Virus record (IMG/VR): IMGVR_UViG_3300047274_000223
Direction: 5' to 3' (one strand)
DNA from: a virus
Length of the DNA: 64,000 nt
Below, one piece after another: positions 9,445 through 17,183 of the stretch; position 1 is the first letter of the stretch, and each line of letters starts with the position of its first letter. A program made the position numbers and the translations under genes. The notes under the pieces are model-generated. The model was not told the DNA's origin. It did no database searches and was given only the letters and a program-made list of their open reading frames with translations.

Positions 9445-9614
9445 ATTACCTTTGTCTTGTTGATGGTCTTGTAGAATATGCTAGCACTTCTGAAAGTAGC
9501 TTTGCTCACTATCAGTTAGTGTATGCCGAAGAACACCAAGATGCTGATGTAGAGTATCTCACTCTGACTGATGATGAGTATGATGAAATGTTCCCTTATG
9601 AGGAAGAAGAATGA
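9441..9614 (+). CDS. Acidic hypothetical protein
   Basis: ATGA-coupled 57-aa ORF. Confidence 0.55.
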   Translation: MNYLCLVDGLVEYASTSESSFAHYQLVYAEEHQDADVEYLTLTDDEYDEMFPYEEEE

Positions 9615-9790
9615 AACCTAAGTTCCGTGTTATTTTAGAACAAGCAATCGAAGAAGGTGTGCGTCGTGGGTATGCGTTAGCACACAAACATGTTGAGAAT
9701 CCTTCTGAAGGTGCTATTATCGAGAGGATTGAAGATGCCGTGATGTCTGCAATCTACGAATACTTTATCTTTGACGAGGAAGATTATTGA
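9611..9790 (+). CDS. Hypothetical protein
   Basis: ATGA-coupled 59-aa ORF (ILEQAIEEGVRRGY..AHKH). Confidence 0.6.
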   Translation: MKPKFRVILEQAIEEGVRRGYALAHKHVENPSEGAIIERIEDAVMSAIYEYFIFDEEDY

Positions 9791-10050
9791 TGAGATTTCG
9801 TAACATAGAGTTCCGTTGGAGCAAATGCAACAACAAGTATGAACTCGTCAAGTGGTATCAACGTAATGGTTCTGAAAAAGAGAATTGTTATGTGATTGCC
9901 TTCTTCAATAAAGGTAAAGAATGCTACGATATGGAAACTGTAGGTGATAGGTTCTTTGAGGATAAAGATGCCTGGGTTGTGGGTAAGTATGGTTTGGAGT
10001 TTCTAAATGAAATCTTTGAGATTGAAAGGATTGAAGAGGAACTGAAATGA
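9787..10050 (+). CDS. Hypothetical protein
   Basis: Coupled ORF. Confidence 0.65.
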   Translation: MMRFRNIEFRWSKCNNKYELVKWYQRNGSEKENCYVIAFFNKGKECYDMETVGDRFFEDKDAWVVGKYGLEFLNEIFEIERIEEELK

Positions 10051-10604
10051 CTGAAAGATTAAATCACAAACTTGATACAAGCAAACTCAAAACACTCACA
10101 GATGTAAAGAATGTCTTTGAGTGTATGGGTTTGTATTCTAATGCGAGTGAAGACAACGAACAGTATGAACTCCTCAAAGAATACTTCACCATCCCAAATG
10201 AGCCACAAGAACTCAAATTTGAATTACCACGCAAGTCATTAGAAGAAATCTCACAAGAGTTTGATGAGAAGATTGATAAACAGATTGAGGATGTAGAATA
10301 CAAGTTCGCACAACTCAAATACCATCAAGAGTATCAGTTTAGTAAAAAGATTACTAAGATTATTGAGGATATTGAGTATGCTCGCAGGAATGGAAGTTTT
10401 CCAGCAAAATTAGATTACTCTAAACTTACTGCGACTGGTGGTAATATTACTTCCAGTTTTATAATCAAATCAGGTAGTAAAGAAGTAGGATATTATACAT
10501 TCGGTAATGGATATTTGAAGTATTATATGAATAAGAAACCGACTGCGATTAGTCGTTGGTTTATGAAAAATTGTCTGGCATTTACATGGGTAGATTCAAA
10601 ATGA
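10047..10604 (+). CDS. Hypothetical protein
   Basis: 185-aa coupled ORF. Confidence 0.65.
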   Translation: MTERLNHKLDTSKLKTLTDVKNVFECMGLYSNASEDNEQYELLKEYFTIPNEPQELKFELPRKSLEEISQEFDEKIDKQIEDVEYKFAQLKYHQEYQFSKKITKIIEDIEYARRNGSFPAKLDYSKLTATGGNITSSFIIKSGSKEVGYYTFGNGYLKYYMNKKPTAISRWFMKNCLAFTWVDSK

Positions 10605-10786
10605 TTGAACGAGTAAAATTCACATACATCACCCGCACGATTGATCCTAAAACTCGTATTCATTATCTTGATGCTATTGACGAGAATGGTCAACACTGGA
10701 CTGCTGAGATGTCACATCAAGTAGAAAAGTGGTTGTGCTATACTGATACCTGGAAAAAAGATGTGCAGGTGCCCTACGATAAATGA
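10601..10786 (+). CDS. Hypothetical protein
   Basis: ATGA-coupled ORF (MIERVKF...). Confidence 0.6.
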   Translation: MIERVKFTYITRTIDPKTRIHYLDAIDENGQHWTAEMSHQVEKWLCYTDTWKKDVQVPYDK

Positions 10787-10959
10787 TTACTTTACTTAGT
10801 GCTTGTGTATTGATGGGTTGCGTTGATGTGCCCATCATTGTATCTAATGATCCTGTTCGTGCTTATGCCGAACATGTTTTCAAACCTAAAGAAAAGGTTG
10901 ACAGGATCCGTCCTGCGTGCTACATTGAAGGGGTCTTTTACGAAACGTGTCCTAGATGA
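10783..10959 (+). CDS. Small secreted/lipoprotein-like hypothetical protein
   Basis: Hydrophobic N-terminus with LMGC; coupled on both sides. Confidence 0.5.
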   Translation: MITLLSACVLMGCVDVPIIVSNDPVRAYAEHVFKPKEKVDRIRPACYIEGVFYETCPR

Positions 10960-11273
10960 TTGAAACTTTGCTTGTTGCTGGACTAACCTGTGGCATCGCA
11001 ACTCATTATGGTGTTGGTGATGGATTCCACGGCAATACTACTGCTAACGGTGAAAGATTTAATGCTTACAATCGGACTGCTGCTCACCCTTACCTACCTA
11101 TGGGAACTAAGATTAGGGTTACAAATCAAGACAATCTCAAACAAGTAATCGTGAGGGTGAATGATCGTGGTCCATATTCTCATGCTGACATTGATCTTAG
11201 TTATGGTGCTTTCTCTACCATTGCTTCTCCGTCTAAGGGCAATGCTGTTGTATGCTGGAGAGTAGTTGGTTAA
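10956..11273 (+). CDS. rlpA: RlpA-like double-psi beta-barrel (lytic transglycosylase-like) protein
   Basis: ATHYG..F.G.TANGERF...TAAH..LP.GT..RVTN...V.VRVNDRGP...IDLS..AF..I signature. Confidence 0.9.
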   Translation: MIETLLVAGLTCGIATHYGVGDGFHGNTTANGERFNAYNRTAAHPYLPMGTKIRVTNQDNLKQVIVRVNDRGPYSHADIDLSYGAFSTIASPSKGNAVVCWRVVG

Positions 11274-11297
11274 ATAGTCAAAATTGCTATCAGTACA

Positions 11298-11504
11298 ATG
11301 CAAGATTTTGTTCGAAATACAATTGAATATCATCTGACATATAGAAAACCAGATGAAGCCTTTGCTAAGACAGACATTTATTATAATGTATTGATTGCAT
11401 TGAATGAAGCAAAGAGACTGATTGAGGAAGAAAAGGTATCATTCTATTCATTGAATGAAGTACACACTAACACCAAAGGATTTTTGAACGATGGGAATGT
11501 TTGA
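11298..11504 (+). CDS. Hypothetical protein
   Basis: ORF in run. Confidence 0.5.
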   Translation: MQDFVRNTIEYHLTYRKPDEAFAKTDIYYNVLIALNEAKRLIEEEKVSFYSLNEVHTNTKGFLNDGNV

Positions 11505-11886
11505 TTATTTCAGATCTTCATATGATCTGGGCGAGCAGTTTACTAATGTAGTGTGCCAAACTAAAGACATTGAAGATGGTATTGGTGGCACAATGACTGA
11601 CTATTGGTTAGACCCCAATGGTCTTTTGTGGTATCCAACTTATCATGGCACACATACATTTGAAATATATGAAGAAGGGCATCCTAAGTATGACCCTAAC
11701 ATCAAATGGGGCAACCACGAATGGATTCCAACTGGTGTGCATGGTAAGTATCAACCACACTATCTTACAAAGTATATTGAAGTGTATCCTGCTAATTGGA
11801 AAGGAGCATGGGAGGATTGGCCCAGGTTGCGTCTTCACTTCAGATGTGGTAAACTACAAGACTTCGAGGATATTACAGGAAGATGA
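11491..11886 (+). CDS. Conserved phage hypothetical protein
   Basis: MGMFDY...QTKD..M..Y pattern common in large phages. Confidence 0.7.
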   Translation: MGMFDYFRSSYDLGEQFTNVVCQTKDIEDGIGGTMTDYWLDPNGLLWYPTYHGTHTFEIYEEGHPKYDPNIKWGNHEWIPTGVHGKYQPHYLTKYIEVYPANWKGAWEDWPRLRLHFRCGKLQDFEDITGR

Positions 11887-12065
11887 TTGGTATTATTAAA
11901 ATGGTAGTTAAGTCCTACATCGCATCAATTAGATGGGGAGCATTAACAGAACAGGATGAACAATTAGTTTGGGATTCTAAACTAAGTAAGGTATTGAAAG
12001 CATCATATATTCGTCGTACACATAGATCACCACACAACATTGTAACTCTCGATGCCAAGAACTAA
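11883..12065 (+). CDS. Hypothetical protein
   Basis: Coupled ORF. Confidence 0.45.
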   Translation: MIGIIKMVVKSYIASIRWGALTEQDEQLVWDSKLSKVLKASYIRRTHRSPHNIVTLDAKN

Positions 12066-12267
12066 AAAAGTTGAATCAATCATCAAGGCCTCTGATGATG
12101 ATAAAAAGTTTCCTTATGAAACATTTCCATATCGTCTAGAAACTAAAGAGGGAAAGACTAAAAAAGTGTGCTGGTTCTCACATGAATCGCACGTTCATAA
12201 ATACATTGAACGGCACAAACTTGCCAAGAACAATTATGTTGCAGAGTGTTTCGACAATCTAAATTAA
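12052..12267 (+). CDS. Conserved cyanophage hypothetical protein
   Basis: FP.ETFPYRLE...CWF...H..KYI.R pattern. Confidence 0.7.
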   Translation: MPRTKKVESIIKASDDDKKFPYETFPYRLETKEGKTKKVCWFSHESHVHKYIERHKLAKNNYVAECFDNLN

Positions 12268-12332
12268 ACATTAAGAATCCTTGATTTGTGTTCATTTCCA
12301 TATAATATAGTACGGTAATCAAGGAGATTCCT

Positions 12333-12497
12333 ATGACCCAGGACGAATGGATTGAGTTAAAAGCATTGAAAGACGCAATTAATTACAATCCTGCATCAGT
12401 CCATCCCGAAAAGATGGAACGATTCACTGAACTTATGGTTCAGAGTCTTTATGGTAAAGGTGATTACGTTAATCAAACAAACCCTACCAATTACTAA
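12333..12497 (+). CDS. Conserved cyanophage hypothetical protein
   Basis: AAGGAG Shine-Dalgarno; MTQ.EW.EL.ALK.AI..NPASVHPEKMERF. Confidence 0.7.
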   Translation: MTQDEWIELKALKDAINYNPASVHPEKMERFTELMVQSLYGKGDYVNQTNPTNY

Positions 12498-12498
12498 T

Positions 12499-12687
12499 AT
12501 GAATCCATATATTCCTTCTATCATCGATCTGTTGCAACGTATTGAACAATTAGAAAAAAGAATTGAATATCTGGAGGATGAAAACATTGGATTGTCCAAT
12601 GAATTGTATGAATTACAAAATCGTTTAGACATTCTGCACGAGCCTAAGTGGGAACATTTAAATCAATTTAGTTTAGGAGATTCATAG
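12499..12687 (+). CDS. Coiled-coil hypothetical protein
   Basis: Heptad pattern (LLQRIEQLEKRIEYLEDEN...). Confidence 0.6.
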   Translation: MNPYIPSIIDLLQRIEQLEKRIEYLEDENIGLSNELYELQNRLDILHEPKWEHLNQFSLGDS

Positions 12688-12872
12688 TGGAAGAAGACAC
12701 ATTAAAAGTTGAAGAGAATGAGGATGGAACTCTGTCAATCTCTTGGGATAAAGAAGATCCTAAGTACGCATTTATGAATGACTTGACAGAGGCAGAGATT
12801 ACTGCTATTATCGAACAATCAATCAAGAGGATGATGGATGATGACGAGTCCCTATTGGACAGTGATGAATGA
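12687..12872 (+). CDS. Hypothetical protein
   Basis: GTG-start; EENEDGTLSISWD.EDP.Y pattern. Confidence 0.6.
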   Translation: MEEDTLKVEENEDGTLSISWDKEDPKYAFMNDLTEAEITAIIEQSIKRMMDDDESLLDSDE

Positions 12873-13329
12873 TCTGAGCAATACGATCACGCCATATCTA
12901 ACTGTGCGTGATCTTATTCGTGATAATACTGAAGATCCCAAAGTTCTTGACATGGCAGTAGATCTTCTTGAATACTTTATCAACAAACAAGATGAAGCAT
13001 TTGAGAAAGCATGGGATAAAGTTGTGAAATCACCTGTAGAAGATATTGAACCATGTATGCCACCTTGGGGCCATAGTGATCTAGAATACAATCCTGCATA
13101 TTCTGAGAATACTAAAGAGCAGATCTACAAGAACTATCGTGCTTCTATTGATGAGTATAATAAATTACAGAAAGAATACGATTCACTTCAATTAGACTAC
13201 GAACATTTACAGGATCTATTCTATCGTGTAGATTCTGAGCACGATGAACTCAAAGTGAAGTATGATGAAGTACAAAGGAATTATCATACTGTTGTTAGTG
13301 AATTGAAACAAAGTCTCAATCGAGACTAA
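12838..13329 (+). CDS. Coiled-coil hypothetical protein
   Basis: 163-aa ORF with C-terminal heptads. Confidence 0.65.
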   Translation: MMTSPYWTVMNDLSNTITPYLTVRDLIRDNTEDPKVLDMAVDLLEYFINKQDEAFEKAWDKVVKSPVEDIEPCMPPWGHSDLEYNPAYSENTKEQIYKNYRASIDEYNKLQKEYDSLQLDYEHLQDLFYRVDSEHDELKVKYDEVQRNYHTVVSELKQSLNRD

Positions 13330-13356
13330 ATATTATATCCTATTGGGAGTCGATCT

Positions 13357-13590
13357 ATGGACACTAAACAATGCTCTGTTTGTGGAGCAAAGTGGATCGA
13401 CGGACAGCATTATTGGTCTGGTACTGCTAAGAAAGGGAATGAACTAGATCTTGCTGGACTCGTCTGCAACAATTTACCCGATGAAAAGCGCCAGAACTGT
13501 GCAAATCCATGTAAAGGTATGGAAGGTGGCATGACTTGGGCCAAGAGACTAACACAAACCAACAACGCATTAGGAGAGTTTGAACTTTGA
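13357..13590 (+). CDS. Small Cys-rich protein
   Basis: CxxC.AKW..GQHYWS.G...LDLAGLVCN...C.NPC; preceded by late-type CTAAATA at 13326. Confidence 0.7.
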   Translation: MDTKQCSVCGAKWIDGQHYWSGTAKKGNELDLAGLVCNNLPDEKRQNCANPCKGMEGGMTWAKRLTQTNNALGEFEL

Positions 13591-13599
13591 TTATCACTG

Positions 13600-13653
13600 A
13601 TAAGCAACACTAATCACAAACCCCTTGACACTCTTGGGGTTTTACCCTATTAT
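13600..13653 (+). promoter_or_regulatory. Early promoter cassette (15-bp site, hairpin around -35)
   Basis: ATAAG-N5-CTAAT, N10, TTGACA-N17-TATTAT; AAACCCC/GGGGTTT flank the -35. Confidence 0.85.
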
Positions 13654-13672
13654 ACTTCAAGAGGTCAAAACA

Positions 13673-13804
13673 ATGCACCTAAAATCACATGAATCTCCAC
13701 GATCTCGTGGTAGAAACACTAAGAGTCCTAAGCGATCCGCTCGGACTCGTCAACTCAAAAAAGCAAAAAAACTCTTCCTCAGGAGACTACAAAATGCTCA
13801 GTAA
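13673..13804 (+). CDS. Small, highly basic protein
   Basis: MHLKSHESPRSRGRNTKSPKRSARTRQLKKAKKLFLRRLQNAQ; first ATG after the promoter. Confidence 0.6.
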   Translation: MHLKSHESPRSRGRNTKSPKRSARTRQLKKAKKLFLRRLQNAQ

Positions 13805-14027
13805 GTCAAAACTTACTAAACTCTTTCGTGAACCATCTAAACATGCAAATGAGATCATTCAAGATCAACTAGAACGCATGGAAGTTCTGTTTAATGAACA
13901 TGTAGAAAACGAGGATAAATATAACGCATTGGCCATTTACCAAGAATATAAAGAATGGATCGATGCTGAAGATGGTGAATCATATGGATTCATATTGTTA
14001 GAGTTTATTGGTGAAACTAAATCATGA
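13794..14027 (+). CDS. Hypothetical protein
   Basis: Start at MLSKSKLTK overlaps upstream stop. Confidence 0.6.
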   Translation: MLSKSKLTKLFREPSKHANEIIQDQLERMEVLFNEHVENEDKYNALAIYQEYKEWIDAEDGESYGFILLEFIGETKS

Positions 14028-14527
14028 CAGAAGAAAATACTATTCAGGATGAGATTACTAAACAATATACTGTAGAAACCTCTGGGTATGAACGTACCTG
14101 CGGAGAGTGTACAATGTGTTGCCAAGGGTGGTTATCTGGTGAGGCATATGAGTATGTTTTTACAAAGAATCATCCATGTCACTTTCTTGACAAATGTGGT
14201 GACAAATGTACAATCTACAGTATTCGCCCACAAGTATGTCAAGACTTCAAATGTGAATGGTTACGTCAACCTGTAGCATTTCCTCTGTGGATGAAGCCTT
14301 CACTCACAAATGTTATTGTGACGTGGAGAATCGAAACTCACAACAATGAGGAGTTTGGTTATTGGTCAGTTCGTGAATGTGGTGAGAAAATTGACTCCAA
14401 CGTTCTGAACTGGTTAATACAACAAGCAATCCAACATGAGATCAACATTCGATACGAGGTTGATGGTGTTGGTTACTGCATCGGCACAGATGTATTCAAG
14501 GAGTGGCATCAGTTGAATAGTTACTGA
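14024..14527 (+). CDS. YkgJ-like CxxCxxCC cysteine-cluster protein
   Basis: CGECTMCC...C.FL...C.IY..RP..C..F.C motif. Confidence 0.8.
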   Translation: MTEENTIQDEITKQYTVETSGYERTCGECTMCCQGWLSGEAYEYVFTKNHPCHFLDKCGDKCTIYSIRPQVCQDFKCEWLRQPVAFPLWMKPSLTNVIVTWRIETHNNEEFGYWSVRECGEKIDSNVLNWLIQQAIQHEINIRYEVDGVGYCIGTDVFKEWHQLNSY

Positions 14528-14540
14528 TTGTAACGACCCC

Positions 14541-14569
14541 TTGACAAACCCAGATTGCTCTGGTAAATT
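14541..14569 (+). promoter_or_regulatory. sigma70-type promoter
   Basis: TTGACA-N17-TAAATT. Confidence 0.7.
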
Positions 14570-14672
14570 ACTTTCATACATGGGAATGTGGACGCCCTAA
14601 AGATCGCAATCTTCTACAACTAACTATCGTTGTAGTGAGAACCAAACACACTTAACTGAGGACAAACTATCC

Positions 14673-15881
14673 ATGCCTATTTCTGACTACTCTCGGATTC
14701 CTTTTCTGTATCCGATTAAGAAAGATCCAGCTGCAATCGCACTGGATTACATGAAACAAAAATATGATAAAAATGTTGCACCTACTGAAGTGCAACGACC
14801 TATTGCTTGGGGTCCTAAAGATCGCAAAGCGTATTTCGAGTCTATGTGTATGGGACGAACTGAAGGTGGATTTGTGTTCGTCAACATGGAATATGCTGTG
14901 CAAGCAATGGAAGATCATGGTTATACTAATGACCGTGCTTATCGTTACTTTAAGAAACTTATTAGTCAAGGTTATAAGTATTTGACTCTCGATGGTAACA
15001 ATCGTTGGACGTTTATTCGTGACCTGATTGAGGATCGTTATACCATTCCTCTCGGTACTTATAACATGCTGATTCAAGATACACTGCACACCTTTACTGT
15101 TACCAAGCGTAATAACGTGTTCAGTAAGCTTACTGGACTTGAGCAACGTGTGCTGCTTGATCGTGTATTTGTGATCACTGAATATACTCAACTCGACTAT
15201 AAAGGTCTCTCGGAAATCTTCCTGAGTATCAACAGCGGTGTCCCTCTCAATCCACAAGAAAAGCGTAACGCAATGGACTCTGATTGGTCCGATTATGTTC
15301 GCAAACTGTCGCTTGATCTTGCACCTCTGCTCACGCTGTCTCTTGGTGAAAACTATACCAAGCGTCTTGCTGGTGATGATTGGATTGCTACAACTCTTGC
15401 ATATACAATTTATTGTAATCCTGATGAACCTTGTGGTATCGTTCAGTCTACGAAGAATAAACTTTACAGTGCAGACTTTGGCACACATTTTACTGAAGAT
15501 TATCGTGCATTGTTCCTGCAACTGCAAGACTATGTACTTGATTTGTTGAATGATAAAACAATGCCTGTCAGTGAAAAAGACATCACTCTGCCATCATTTG
15601 TACAGAATCTTTATTGGATGATGTGCAATGGTCTTCAAGAATATGAAGATGTATTTGCTGCAACTGTGCTTCACAAAGATGCTCGCAAAGACTCTTCTCG
15701 TGTGAACGAAGATGGTAACAACTATGTGTGGGCCTGTGGTGGTACTGGCACCAAGAATAATGCTTTCAAGATGGAAGTATTGACCGAGATTCTTGACAAA
15801 ACCTCTGGTTATGTTCCTAATGCTCGTACTCTCGGATTTGTCTTTGAGGATGAAACTGAAGAGGATGAGGTGGAAGTATAA
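14673..15881 (+). CDS. DUF262/GmrS-like (ParB/Srx fold) domain protein
   Basis: QRP.AW...YF.S..G...F.F...LTLDGNNR.TF...IF.SINSGVPLN.QEKRN motifs. Confidence 0.7.
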   Translation: MPISDYSRIPFLYPIKKDPAAIALDYMKQKYDKNVAPTEVQRPIAWGPKDRKAYFESMCMGRTEGGFVFVNMEYAVQAMEDHGYTNDRAYRYFKKLISQGYKYLTLDGNNRWTFIRDLIEDRYTIPLGTYNMLIQDTLHTFTVTKRNNVFSKLTGLEQRVLLDRVFVITEYTQLDYKGLSEIFLSINSGVPLNPQEKRNAMDSDWSDYVRKLSLDLAPLLTLSLGENYTKRLAGDDWIATTLAYTIYCNPDEPCGIVQSTKNKLYSADFGTHFTEDYRALFLQLQDYVLDLLNDKTMPVSEKDITLPSFVQNLYWMMCNGLQEYEDVFAATVLHKDARKDSSRVNEDGNNYVWACGGTGTKNNAFKMEVLTEILDKTSGYVPNARTLGFVFEDETEEDEVEV

Positions 15882-15883
15882 TC

Positions 15884-15938
15884 ATAAGCAACGCTAATGG
15901 TTTGGGGGCTTGACTTCGCCCCCTTTTTCCTCTATTCT
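15884..15938 (+). promoter_or_regulatory. Early promoter cassette overlapping a terminator-like hairpin
   Basis: ATAAG-N5-CTAAT, N11, TTGACT-N17-TATTCT; GGGGGC/GCCCCC hairpin followed by T5. Confidence 0.85.
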
Positions 15939-15961
15939 ACCAAGGTACTCAAGAAAACCAC

Positions 15962-16195
15962 ATGAGCATCACTTACGAGCGCAACATGGCAGATCCAGCA
16001 TATCAAGAATGGATCTTTGCTGATGGTCAATATATTGGTGAGATTTACGGTGGTGTTCTCGAAGGATTTGAACTTCGTAAGGTAAAAGAGATTGAACTTG
16101 CTGCAGGTGCTGCTGCTGTTGATCTCGAAACTATCGCATACTTCGATACAGTTTGCGATGCCAAGTCATTTGTTAATCAAGCAGGAGGACTTTGA
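15962..16195 (+). CDS. Hypothetical protein
   Basis: First ORF after promoter. Confidence 0.65.
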   Translation: MSITYERNMADPAYQEWIFADGQYIGEIYGGVLEGFELRKVKEIELAAGAAAVDLETIAYFDTVCDAKSFVNQAGGL

Positions 16196-16311
16196 TGGTG
16201 ACTTTTCTATTTGCTTTCAGTGGTGCTATGATTGGTGGATTAATCATCAATTATATACTACAAGGCCCAGAACGTATTCTTGATGAGAATGAATCCAACT
16301 ATGATGACTGA
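16195..16311 (+). CDS. Small membrane peptide
   Basis: 38-aa coupled ORF with one hydrophobic helix. Confidence 0.45.
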   Translation: MVTFLFAFSGAMIGGLIINYILQGPERILDENESNYDD

Positions 16312-16312
16312 C

Positions 16313-16507
16313 ATGACTCCTGATACTTACACTTTCACTGGTGATGCTGTTACCTTCCTTGGTTTGGTTGGTGTTGTTTCGGCATTTATTATTGTTGTTA
16401 CTGCTTTCCGCAGGTTCTTCAATTCTCCTTACAACATTCGAGTAAAGATTCCTGCACAACAAGGAGAAAATGCTCCTGAAATTACTATTCAATCTACTGA
16501 AAACTGA
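16313..16507 (+). CDS. Small membrane protein
   Basis: TP.TY.F.GDA.TFLGLVGVVS..II...F.R.FNSP pattern. Confidence 0.65.
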   Translation: MTPDTYTFTGDAVTFLGLVGVVSAFIIVVTAFRRFFNSPYNIRVKIPAQQGENAPEITIQSTEN

Positions 16508-16695
16508 TGAAAACTTCTACTGCTATTGGTGTTGCTTTTGGTGTAATTGTCCTTGCTGTTGCAGGACTATTCTTTGAAGCAGCACTGTTAGGATTAATTC
16601 TGTCTTGGTTTAGTGTGAACTTGACTATTTGGCAGAACTTTGCTATTGTTCTTCTTGCTAATCTTATCTTCAAATCTAACGTATCTACAAAATGA
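16507..16695 (+). CDS. Small two-helix membrane protein
   Basis: Almost entirely hydrophobic; coupled. Confidence 0.65.
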   Translation: MKTSTAIGVAFGVIVLAVAGLFFEAALLGLILSWFSVNLTIWQNFAIVLLANLIFKSNVSTK

Positions 16696-17099
16696 CACAA
16701 CAAGATAATACTCTCCGTAATGCTGGCATTATCGGAACCTCATTTATTCTCTCTCTGTTTATCATCAACGCTGTGGTTGGTCCTCTCTATAATGTGTGGG
16801 CACAATCTCTACAAGGTAAAGCAGAATTGCAGAAAGCAGAATACACTCGTCAAGTGGCAGTGTTGGAAGCACAAGCAAAGAAAGATTCTGCACAACAACT
16901 AGCTGATGCTGAAGTGATTCGTGCCACTGGTGTTGCTAAAGCAAACCAAATCATCGGTGATTCTCTGAAAGATAATCGTGAGTATCTTCAGTATCTGTAT
17001 ATCACTGGACTGGAAGAAGGATCCAACAAAGGTAACGTAACGATCTATGTTCCTACCGAAGGTGGTATGCCTGTTCCCACACTTCAGATGAATAAGTAA
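16692..17099 (+). CDS. Membrane-anchored coiled-coil protein (band-7/SPFH C-terminus-like)
   Basis: TM helix, Ala/Glu coiled coil, YLQYL and IYVPTE.G.P tail. Confidence 0.6.
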   Translation: MTQQDNTLRNAGIIGTSFILSLFIINAVVGPLYNVWAQSLQGKAELQKAEYTRQVAVLEAQAKKDSAQQLADAEVIRATGVAKANQIIGDSLKDNREYLQYLYITGLEEGSNKGNVTIYVPTEGGMPVPTLQMNK

Positions 17100-17123
17100 A
17101 CTTAATGGTTCATAATTAAACTC

Positions 17124-17177
17124 ATAAAATACTATGATGGGCAGGGGGTTGACTTCTGCCCATTTCTATGCAATACT
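17124..17177 (+). promoter_or_regulatory. Early promoter cassette
   Basis: ATAAA-N5-ATGAT, N10, TTGACT-N17-AATACT; GGGCAG/CTGCCC hairpin around -35. Confidence 0.7.
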
Positions 17178-17183
17178 AAAAGC

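Noticed and set aside
12281-12311. Promoter TTGATT...TATAAT
   Set aside because: The spacer is 14 bp to TATAAT and alternative -10 boxes are weak, so it was not called, although a Shine-Dalgarno-led gene follows.
13689-13793. ORF-track N-terminal extension of 13689..14027
   Set aside because: Better explained by a separate basic ORF (13673..13804) and a true start at 13794. Similar over-extended starts at 4593, 8043, 8382, 24318 and 25100 run through promoters or upstream genes.
14667-15527. 286-aa minus-strand ORF
   Set aside because: Antisense shadow of the DUF262-like gene; no recognisable motif, promoter or ribosome-binding site.
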